In this document: positions 9,965 to 17,364 of the stretch, in pieces
Numbering within the stretch: the first letter of the stretch is position 1
Layout of the letters: the number at the start of each line of letters is the position of its first letter
Source: an uncultured virus (IMG/VR IMGVR_UViG_3300027732_000008)
Taxonomy: Duplodnaviria; Heunggongvirae; Uroviricota; Caudoviricetes
Virus record (IMG/VR): IMGVR_UViG_3300027732_000008
Direction: 5' to 3' (one strand)
Length of the DNA: 62,807 bases
The notes under the pieces: model-generated
Seen by the model: only the letters and a program-made list of their open reading frames with translations
The model's database searches: none
Told to the model about the DNA's origin: nothing
Translations under genes and position numbers: made by a program

Positions 9965-10166
9965 AAAGATTAGACGCTTCGTTGAAGGTATCGAATCTGA
10001 TGCAAGAGCCCTGATCAAGGAAGTTACTACTTTGAGTGTTTGGGCAACCATAGACCCAGAAACCATTTGGAATATGACTCATTTAGAAAGAGTTGTGCTA
10101 TCCGAAGCAGTAAAAGAAAGAACAGAAGCAATGTATGGCAAAAAAGGATTTGCTCGCTCAAGGTGA
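9945..10166 (+). CDS. Tail chaperone second ORF (gpT/gp51-like), possibly a frameshift extension
   Basis: 73-aa ORF in the -1 frame overlapping the upstream stop (TGATG); contains an IWNMTHLERVVL motif typical of such C-terminal chaperone segments. Confidence 0.65.
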   Translation: MLGTNGAKIRRFVEGIESDARALIKEVTTLSVWATIDPETIWNMTHLERVVLSEAVKERTEAMYGKKGFARSR

Positions 10167-10184
10167 TTCATTTATCATCTTAGT

Positions 10185-10245
10185 AGAGCGATTCTATCGC
10201 TCTTGAATTTCGCATTGCTTCGCAATCGCTCATTCAGTTTTTATT
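10185..10245 (+). terminator. Tandem hairpins followed by a T-rich tract (probable terminator)
   Basis: AGAGCGAT-TCT-ATCGCTCT (10185-10203), then TGAAT..ATTGC-TTC-GCAAT..ATTCA followed by GTTTTTATT. Confidence 0.55.
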
Positions 10246-10815
10246 GTTTAAGGTTTTAACGGTAAAGTATTGTAATGCAAGTGATGAAACATTTTGATTA
10301 CTTGACACTGATGATTCAGTCACACTTAGCCCTGTTAAGGACTAAGAGAAAACTTGACACCGAAGTCCAAGCCACATCCAACTAAAGAAACTTGTTAAAG
10401 TAAGGGCGGTCACGCTGTACCCTTTTACACTCATCTTATATGACGCTACCGTATTGACCTAGTTGAAATCGTCGATACAGCATGTAGGTTGTAATAGTTC
10501 ACCAGAGCCTACTCATTTTAGCTTTCGTATACTAATCCCAGTTCTTTTCAAGCAATTGAACTTCGTCCTGTGAAGGATAGTGGGCGTTAGTCTCTGCTAC
10601 TGCACAGAATTTCCTTCCCCAGCGCAACCCTAGTGCCTGGTTTTATGGGTGTCTAAATATATCGGCGACACTGGCCTATCAGTAGTGATCTTGTCGTTGT
10701 GAGTTTGCTAATTGAATTTGCGAAATCGCTGTGAGTGTCTACATTGCGTAGTAAATTAGCCAGGATGAGTTATTGTACACTTTAATTATCAAATGAGCCA
10801 GGTGAGTTATAGCCG
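10185..10815 (-). ncRNA. Candidate large structured non-coding RNA (~500-630 nt; ends uncertain)
   Basis: No ORF of 60 aa or more in an otherwise gap-free genome. About 10 hairpins, a C(UUCG)G tetraloop, G-U pairs that work only on the minus strand, and a possible pseudoknot. Confidence 0.6.
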
Positions 10816-10818
10816 TTA

Positions 10819-11247
10819 TTACAGCTTGTTTATTATGTGTGAGCCATGTACACGAACACTAATTTGTCCATTGTAATAATCTGTCGATTCCAATACTTTT
10901 CTATCAAATTGTTCTTTGGCCTCTATGTAAGAGCATACAGCCTTTGAATTACAGTAATGTAGAATCTCTCTAATAAAGTTATCTCTACCAAGAGATTCTA
11001 CATCTTTGTTCAACTGATCGTTGCTACCGTAGTATTCTTTCCAGTCTGAGTCAATCTTAGAACGAATACGCTTTTTCTTCTTGACTCCATTTTTCTGTTT
11101 GACCACTTTATAGGTAGTCTTGGAAAACTTTGCTAACTTTTTGCCAACATACATCCGCTGGTCAGTTTTATTTGTTATAAGATAAACAAAACCAACGCAT
11201 TCTTCGGGAAGTACATCTACCACAGTACCTTGATACAGCCAAGTCAT
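10819..11247 (-). CDS. Minimal GIY-YIG (Seg-like) endonuclease-domain protein
   Basis: Motifs GFVYLITN..MYVGKK, REIL, E..EQ and YYNG, with a Lys/Arg-rich insertion and no C-terminal DNA-binding domain. Confidence 0.75.
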   Translation of the reverse strand: MTWLYQGTVVDVLPEECVGFVYLITNKTDQRMYVGKKLAKFSKTTYKVVKQKNGVKKKKRIRSKIDSDWKEYYGSNDQLNKDVESLGRDNFIREILHYCNSKAVCSYIEAKEQFDRKVLESTDYYNGQISVRVHGSHIINKL

Positions 11248-11435
11248 TACTTGGGAGTTGACAGGGCTTCTTTCTCGGCTGTAATCTCTTTACGGCGTTC
11301 TTTGATTGCTTTGCTCATTTCTTGTAATGCTTTGCGAGCACGAGCGGCCGCGGCTTTGACACCTTTTGCAGTGAACTTTTCGTTTTCGCTTTTGTAGTTC
11401 TCAAACTGCTCTAACAATGTTTCGTGATTTGACAT
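11247..11435 (-). CDS. Small basic protein, histone H1-like (Hc1-like)
   Basis: EKFTAKGVKAAAARARKALQEMSKAIKERRKEI pattern. Confidence 0.65.
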   Translation of the reverse strand: MSNHETLLEQFENYKSENEKFTAKGVKAAAARARKALQEMSKAIKERRKEITAEKEALSTPK

Positions 11436-11446
11436 TTAATGTCCCC

Positions 11447-13225
11447 TTAGTTAATTTCATTTACCTGTGTGTCAGTATCAAGCATGGTGAATCCGTTTTC
11501 TTTAACAACCATAAGCACATTGTTGACTCGACTGGCCAACTCATCTCTATGTGAAATTAAGAAAATGTTCCGATTCATTTCTCTTCCCATGGCTTTTAAT
11601 ACAGCCATCGATGCTTCAATACCAACACTATCCATTCCAGAATCTACCAACTCGTCGATAAACAACAAGTTCATTGGCTCTGTAAAGCTTTCATACACAT
11701 CTCTAAAACTCCAGCTTAGTGCTAGAATTAAACGATTGCGTTCTCCCCTACTCAAATTATCAAAATCAAAAGTTTGACCCAATTGACTGATATCAACTTC
11801 CAAATCGCTTCTAAAAGAAACCTGATGTGGCAATTGTAACTTATCCAAGTAATAACCCAATCTGTGATTCAAATACGCAAGATTCTGTTCAATAATGCGT
11901 TTTCGGACAAATGAGTCTTTGCTTGTAAGTAATTTTAGTAAAAATTCCTGATGCTCTAGAAGCTTACTTACACGGTTAATTTCATCCCAGCTAACCTCTG
12001 CAAGGGCTGTATTTTTAAGAGCACCAATTTGTTCTTGATAAGGATCATGTTCGGCGATCCTGGTTTCCAATTGCTTTTTTGCATTGTCAAGATTATTTTT
12101 ATGAGCCATGGCATCTTCAACATTGATATATTTTGTTGAAGGACGATCTGCAAGATTACCAATTTGTTTGACTGTGGCATTGGCCTGATCCAATGCTGTT
12201 TGTTCTTCGGCCTTTGACTTTTCAATCAGTTCGATGGCATCTTCTGCTTTTGAAATCATCACATCATGTGTTGAATCATGAACCTCTTGCCCACAGCTGG
12301 GACATTGATGATCAACAATGGCTTCTAAATTAGATTGAGCCAAGGTCATGGCATCTGCTAACTTTTTAATGTTGCTCTGATGCATGGCCAGTTCTTTATT
12401 GGCTAACTTTAGGCGACTTTCATTTTCTTTGAATACCACCAACGAGCGATGCGCTTCGAGTTCAGCCTCAATGTCTGTATTTTCTAATTCCGTGATGGCT
12501 GAACCAAAACTGCTGATTTCATCTTCCTTCTTCTTGGTCCAAATACGGCTTCTGCGTTCTAAGTCATCAATGCTGGTTTGTACTCTGACATTACTTTCTT
12601 GCAGAGCCTTGATGCGAGCATCTTCATCTCGAATTACTTCTTTGCTAGATTTAATTTGTTCTCTAAGAATTTCAGCCTTCTCACTCAACTGTGTGATGCC
12701 CAGCAGTTCTTCAATGATATCACGCTGGTCTCCACTCTTGAGACTCAGGAACGGTTGTGTATAAGTGTTCAATGCAACCAAGTGTTTGAACATTTCAGCA
12801 CTCATGCCAACAACTCTATCAATGGCTTCTTGGGTCACTCGGTTTTCGCCCGCACCCTCATCGGTACCTGCTTCACTTACTTCTTGGTCGTCAACAATGA
12901 ATCTCAGCAAGTTGGGTTTGCGACCACGCTCAATGGTATACTTGTTGCCGTTTTTCTCAAACTCAACTGTAACAATCATGTTCTTGGCATTGGTCTTGTT
13001 GATCAAGTTTTCTTTGCGTATGTTTGTGAGTGCAGATCCAAATATGGCATAACTGAGTGCATTGACAATGGTGGTTTTACCCACACCATTTCTAGCACCG
13101 TCACCGCCCAGGTCTAGATTGTTACCCAGTACCAAGGTCATACCATACTGATCCATACGAAGAGCTTGGGTAACATTACCCACGCTCATAAAATTCTTAA
13201 TGGTTATATTTTTAAACTTGATCAA
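11447..13225 (-). CDS. gp46: Recombination nuclease ATPase subunit (gp46/SbcC/Rad50-like)
   Basis: Walker A GARNGVGKTT, zinc-hook CPSCGQ, signature LSRGE, Walker B LFIDE and ISHR. Confidence 0.95.
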   Translation of the reverse strand: MIKFKNITIKNFMSVGNVTQALRMDQYGMTLVLGNNLDLGGDGARNGVGKTTIVNALSYAIFGSALTNIRKENLINKTNAKNMIVTVEFEKNGNKYTIERGRKPNLLRFIVDDQEVSEAGTDEGAGENRVTQEAIDRVVGMSAEMFKHLVALNTYTQPFLSLKSGDQRDIIEELLGITQLSEKAEILREQIKSSKEVIRDEDARIKALQESNVRVQTSIDDLERRSRIWTKKKEDEISSFGSAITELENTDIEAELEAHRSLVVFKENESRLKLANKELAMHQSNIKKLADAMTLAQSNLEAIVDHQCPSCGQEVHDSTHDVMISKAEDAIELIEKSKAEEQTALDQANATVKQIGNLADRPSTKYINVEDAMAHKNNLDNAKKQLETRIAEHDPYQEQIGALKNTALAEVSWDEINRVSKLLEHQEFLLKLLTSKDSFVRKRIIEQNLAYLNHRLGYYLDKLQLPHQVSFRSDLEVDISQLGQTFDFDNLSRGERNRLILALSWSFRDVYESFTEPMNLLFIDELVDSGMDSVGIEASMAVLKAMGREMNRNIFLISHRDELASRVNNVLMVVKENGFTMLDTDTQVNEIN

Positions 13226-14244
13226 TTGGTAAGTCCCTGATAGATATGTGCCAGTATTTGTTTGTCAATGTGAGCAGAGTCGATGGCCTGTATTTGATTG
13301 AGTACAATTGCATCAACACTTTCAAATTTTATCTCTCCACCAGTCCACTCTGTTGCATGTTCTTCTGTTTTGCCGGGACTCAGACTGAGTTCTCGCATGT
13401 TGTATGCGTCTACCCATTGCTCTTTGATGTAGCTGGCTTCTTCATAACTGATGTCCACATCAATTGTGACTCTGGCAAAGGTTTGATTGTCAAACAGTTC
13501 TGCATGACGGTCAATGGCCTGAGTCAATGTAAGTGTTTTAAACTTGGGTGCTGAAGGCCAGGTTCTAAATTCTGGCTCTCCGCCGTACTCCAAGAACATA
13601 CAGCCACGCTCATCATCCCAAGCATCTGCATAGTTGTGTGGAAAGCAATTGCCCATGTACACCACATTGCCTCTGCGCTGTCGTTTATGGAAGTGTCCTG
13701 AGAACACCAGCTCTTGATTGGGAAAGTGTCCTTCGTTTAGTCCACCATGGTCTGGCATTTCTACCATGGCATTCATTTTAAAGTGTGGCAGTTCAAAGTG
13801 TCCAAACACATAGCGACTCTTTAACTTTTTCATGTCCTCCCATTCACTGCCAACCAGCCAAGGAACAATGGTCATGTCACCAATGGTGGTAATTTCATCT
13901 ATTAAATTGACATTGCTCAAGTGTTTGGCAAAGGGCAGTGAATTGATCTCTCGCTTCTCTCTGTATGCTAAATCATGATTGCCCATGATAACATACACCT
14001 GTTCAAAGTTTTCCGACAGATACTTGATATTTGACGTGGTATAGTTAAGAGTACTGACATTGACAGCGGACCTGTTGTTGTGCCAATCGCCAAGGAAGAT
14101 GCATGTTTCAGCACCTGCTTGTTTGGCTTCCTGGGTCATCCACTTGATAAAGTTTTCACAATCATCATTATGGGCTCTGCTGTTGTTTCTTAGGCCAAAA
14201 TGAATATCTGTAAAGCATACGGCTTTTTTAAAAGGTTGGGTCAT
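13222..14244 (-). CDS. gp47: Recombination nuclease subunit (gp47/SbcD/Mre11-like)
   Basis: Metallophosphoesterase motifs TDIHFG, LGDW, GNHD, GHFE and SGHFH. Confidence 0.95.
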   Translation of the reverse strand: MTQPFKKAVCFTDIHFGLRNNSRAHNDDCENFIKWMTQEAKQAGAETCIFLGDWHNNRSAVNVSTLNYTTSNIKYLSENFEQVYVIMGNHDLAYREKREINSLPFAKHLSNVNLIDEITTIGDMTIVPWLVGSEWEDMKKLKSRYVFGHFELPHFKMNAMVEMPDHGGLNEGHFPNQELVFSGHFHKRQRRGNVVYMGNCFPHNYADAWDDERGCMFLEYGGEPEFRTWPSAPKFKTLTLTQAIDRHAELFDNQTFARVTIDVDISYEEASYIKEQWVDAYNMRELSLSPGKTEEHATEWTGGEIKFESVDAIVLNQIQAIDSAHIDKQILAHIYQGLTN

Positions 14245-14247
14245 CAG

Positions 14248-14439
14248 TTAGTGTAACATTTCTGCAAGTTTTTGTCTACATCTTTCTATTTCTTCTTTGA
14301 TGTATAGTTTCTTCTTTTTCATTTCTCGGATCGACAAGTTGTCTTTGTAACTGGCCTCCATGGCATGAATTTTACGATCCATTTCATTGTGCGAGTTTTC
14401 CAAATGACTAATGTGATGTATTAGACTATCAGCATGCAT
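14248..14439 (-). CDS. DUF465/YdcH-like small coiled-coil protein
   Basis: HLENSHNEMDRKI...MKKKKLYIKEEI pattern; AAGGAG SD. Confidence 0.65.
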   Translation of the reverse strand: MHADSLIHHISHLENSHNEMDRKIHAMEASYKDNLSIREMKKKKLYIKEEIERCRQKLAEMLH

Positions 14440-14451
14440 TGTTGACTCTCC

Positions 14452-14820
14452 TTATTGTTTTAAAAATTGAGCCAGTTGTGGTGGCTCCCATCCTACAGGT
14501 TTTAATACCTTGCCGTCTCTACGCTTACGAACCTTGCCGGTCTCTGAATCAATCTTGGCAAAGTTTGTTTTCATAACTTCTTTCCACGCACCTTCTGCAT
14601 CGGCACCCATGCTGTGTATGGTACCAATGGTGACAACCAATATATCAATCAAGGCATCAAGTGCTTCGACATTGTCATTCATGTCACATGCGTGTTTGTA
14701 TTCTTTATATTCTTCTTCAATCAGTTTTGAGTACAGCACAAACTGAGGTAAGTTGTCCTCACCTACAGTTTGATCGCATGCCCGCATGAACTTTTCTTGA
14801 TCACGAAATGGATTCGTCAT
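14452..14820 (-). CDS. MazG-like NTP pyrophosphohydrolase (PRA-PH-like)
   Basis: Motifs LIEEEYKE, EALDALIDILVV, EVMKTNFAK and RRDGKVLKP.GW; start re-assigned to ATG 14820. Confidence 0.85.
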   Translation of the reverse strand: MTNPFRDQEKFMRACDQTVGEDNLPQFVLYSKLIEEEYKEYKHACDMNDNVEALDALIDILVVTIGTIHSMGADAEGAWKEVMKTNFAKIDSETGKVRKRRDGKVLKPVGWEPPQLAQFLKQ

Positions 14821-15757
14821 TTGTTGCTTCCCCTTCATCTACTAGAGTTGCGGCCAATGCTTCTGCATCTTTGAGAGCATTCAGTCGTTCAACTTCCGCA
14901 TGGTGATGTTGCGAACTTTCCATCTGACGAGTCCAACTTGGCATTTGTCCTGAGTTCTGTAACATATCATCGCGAATATCACGCTGTCGTTTTTCTACAT
15001 TAAGCACACGAGTAAAGCTATTTGTTACTGCGGCAGTGTAATAAGCAAATGGGTTTTGACTTTTGCCTTCATCAAACTGTAGTGCAATTTGTGTCAGCTG
15101 AATCAATGCCTGTCCACGCATTTCATCCACATAGCTGTAGCCTCGCCAGTTACTTCGTAAACTATAACGCTCGCATAGCTTTAAGAACATGGCACCTAGT
15201 CGATTGGTAATCTGTCCGTGTTCAACAGAAAAATTACCAGTCTTTACATCGCCCTTCCAATGACTACGCAATACTTCTCGCCATGTGCCATCTTCGTTGA
15301 TTACAAAATGTTTGAATGGAGGAAAGTTTACTTTACTACGATGGTCAGCAAGACTTTTAGGATTGTTTTTACGACCTGGTTCCAGTGGAATATGTTCAAA
15401 TGTCATGAGACGAACAACCAAGTCAGCAGTGGGAATCTTCTTGGCTAAAATTTCAAACTCATCTGCCTTTGGCTTGGTACTGGCTTTGCCGCCTGCGGCT
15501 TCCCAATTGGCCAATCCTTGCTTGTGAGCAATTTGGCTCAGCCTGCTGGCTCTGGCTTCTTTGGCCAGATTAATTGCACCTTCGGGACAAGCTTTTGTTT
15601 TTCGGTTATGAAAACTTTTTAAGTCAGCAACGATGTAGTCATACTGTTGAAATTCCAGGGATTCCTTCCAACAGTAACTCATTTTGCTACGATGTATTTC
15701 TGCAAGAATATCTTTGTTTTTAAGATAAACTGTTTTTGTTTTTTCTTCTTCTATCAC
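14801..15757 (-). CDS. gp55: Late-transcription sigma factor, T4 gp55-like, with a large insertion
   Basis: YLKNKDIL at the N-terminus; LGAMFLKLCERYSLRSNWRGYSYVDEM and FDEGKSQNPFAYYT..NSF..EK match the gp55 core; near gp47/gp46 as in T4; GTG start with AAGGAG SD. Confidence 0.85.
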   Translation of the reverse strand: MIEEEKTKTVYLKNKDILAEIHRSKMSYCWKESLEFQQYDYIVADLKSFHNRKTKACPEGAINLAKEARASRLSQIAHKQGLANWEAAGGKASTKPKADEFEILAKKIPTADLVVRLMTFEHIPLEPGRKNNPKSLADHRSKVNFPPFKHFVINEDGTWREVLRSHWKGDVKTGNFSVEHGQITNRLGAMFLKLCERYSLRSNWRGYSYVDEMRGQALIQLTQIALQFDEGKSQNPFAYYTAAVTNSFTRVLNVEKRQRDIRDDMLQNSGQMPSWTRQMESSQHHHAEVERLNALKDAEALAATLVDEGEATNDESIS

Positions 15758-15776
15758 AATAAGCTCCTTATGAACT

Positions 15777-15805
15777 AGTATAGCAGATTCATTTTACCTT
15801 GTCAA
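15777..15805 (-). promoter_or_regulatory. Sigma70-type promoter for the gp55-gp47-gp46 operon
   Basis: TTGACA-17 nt-TATACT on the minus strand. Confidence 0.85.
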
Positions 15806-15857
15806 CGGTAAAGTAGGTACATAATAAGAACGGTAAATAGACATGGAGATACCATCT

Positions 15858-16505
15858 ATGAAGATTACCGATTTACAACCCCGCATCATTGCCATTTACG
15901 CAGGCCGCTTTCATCCATTTCATCGTGGACATGCTGAAGTGTTTCAAGAGCTGGCCTCCAAGTTTGGCATTAACAATACTTACATAACCACCAGCGGGAA
16001 GGTAGAGCCGAATAAAAGTCCGTTCACATTTGCAGAAAAATTAATAATGATGCAGGCGGCTGGTGTAACGGCCGATCATGTCACTGAAGAAACAACTCCG
16101 TATGCTCCTCAAAATTTACCGTCTAAGTTAAATTTGAACTCAGACAAAGACATTATGGTGTTTGGCGTTGGACAAAAGGACATGTCCGAAGATCCAAGAT
16201 TCACCTTCTCTCCGTTGAAAGACGGATCACCAAGTTACTTTCAGAAGTACACAGGTAAAAACATGATGCCGTTCAGCAACAAGAAAAATGATGATGGCAC
16301 TCGAGCCGGCCACGGATATGTAATACCAGTGTCCGATGTTGAATTCAGCATTGCTGGTAAAAAGATAAACAGCGCCAGCCAAATTAGAGAGTTGTATCAG
16401 AATGCAACCGATGAAGGAAGAACTGTAATCTTGAATGAACTCTATCCAAACGGTGGATCAGCAATCAAAAAAATCAAACGCATCTTTGATGCAAAATTAG
16501 GTTAA
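15858..16505 (+). CDS. Cytidyltransferase-like nucleotidyltransferase (HIGH family)
   Basis: GRFHPFHRGH, SPFTFAEK and SASQIR motifs; GGAG SD before ATG 15858; late motif TAAATA at 15834-15839. Confidence 0.8.
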   Translation: MKITDLQPRIIAIYAGRFHPFHRGHAEVFQELASKFGINNTYITTSGKVEPNKSPFTFAEKLIMMQAAGVTADHVTEETTPYAPQNLPSKLNLNSDKDIMVFGVGQKDMSEDPRFTFSPLKDGSPSYFQKYTGKNMMPFSNKKNDDGTRAGHGYVIPVSDVEFSIAGKKINSASQIRELYQNATDEGRTVILNELYPNGGSAIKKIKRIFDAKLG

Positions 16506-16506
16506 T

Positions 16507-17064
16507 ATGGCAAAAATAGCAACACCGGTCTCACTTTCATTCAAAGCATTTTCTTCCAACGGAACAGTGGAGTGGCCTGCTACGCCCAAGATCAATCAAA
16601 GCATTGAAGTAAACTACAGCACATGGGAACTTCAGCACACCAACTATCAACCTAGCGCATTTGGCAATCGTGCAACTCCAGTGATCAGCATCAGTGGCCC
16701 TTGGTTTAGTCGTAGTGCTGAAGAGGCAATTAGAACAATAAATGCCATTCACCTGTTACGAAGTGCCACCAGCATGTACTATGGCCGAGGTGACCCAAAG
16801 AAAGGTACACCTCCTCCCATTGGAAGATTTACAGCACATGGATTCTACAACAATACTCCAGTGGTGGTAAAAAGTTTTAACTATGATTTCCCCAACGATG
16901 TAGATTACATAACTGCTTCAGCATTGGGTGGAACAATGGCAGTACCGGTGTTGTTTGAAATGTCAGTCAGCTTGATTGTTCAAATTAATCCGCTGGAAGC
17001 TGTCAAAACCTACACGCTTGAAAAGTTTCATTCAGGTAAGTTACTTGGAAATGGATACATTTAA
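16507..17064 (+). CDS. Baseplate/tail-tube initiator-like structural protein
   Basis: Motifs WPATPKI, HTNY, GTPPPIGRF and PVVVKSFNYDFPNDVDYI; first gene of the baseplate cluster. Confidence 0.65.
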   Translation: MAKIATPVSLSFKAFSSNGTVEWPATPKINQSIEVNYSTWELQHTNYQPSAFGNRATPVISISGPWFSRSAEEAIRTINAIHLLRSATSMYYGRGDPKKGTPPPIGRFTAHGFYNNTPVVVKSFNYDFPNDVDYITASALGGTMAVPVLFEMSVSLIVQINPLEAVKTYTLEKFHSGKLLGNGYI

Positions 17065-17364
17065 ATGGAAACTGTTGGAATTAATCAGTACGCAAATACA
17101 CCAGTAAACGATTTTTATTTAGATCGCGCTGTATTGCCTGCCGCAGAAGACATGCTCAGAAATAAAACGCCTGAGCTGTTGGTAGTGGCTCCCAAGTATC
17201 AGTACCGCATGGATTTATTAAGTTATGATCTATACGGCACCAGTGAGTACTGGTGGGTGATTGCGCTACTCAACAGAGATCAGATCAAAGATCCTATCAG
17301 AGATTTAAAAATTGGAATGACATTGATAGTATTGTCTAAAAAAGATATTGCTGGAGTAACATAA
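17065..17364 (+). CDS. Baseplate wedge protein, gp53/LysM-like
   Basis: YRMDLLSYDLYGTSEYWWVIALLN..IKDPI.DL.IG motif. Confidence 0.8.
   Translation: METVGINQYANTPVNDFYLDRAVLPAAEDMLRNKTPELLVVAPKYQYRMDLLSYDLYGTSEYWWVIALLNRDQIKDPIRDLKIGMTLIVLSKKDIAGVT

Noticed and set aside
10302..10359. Two TTGACA hexamers on the plus strand as sigma70 promoters
   Set aside because: No -10 box 16-18 nt downstream of either; better explained as a repeated RNA motif on the minus strand.
10600..10622. RNase P RNA-like GAAGGAAATTCTG (compare GAGGAAAGTCC)
   Set aside because: No matching 3' P4 strand (ACAGAA...GCTTA) found at the expected distance; needs cmscan to exclude fully.
10575..10625. Group I intron-like R element (minus strand GCAGAGACTAAC)
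   Set aside because: No convincing P, Q or S elements; the only TAGTCC is tied up in a local hairpin; no interrupted gene flanks the region.
10819..11247. Mobile homing endonuclease or intron-encoded ORF
   Set aside because: It lacks a DNA-binding extension, is translationally coupled within an operon, and does not interrupt a gene; not called a mobile element.
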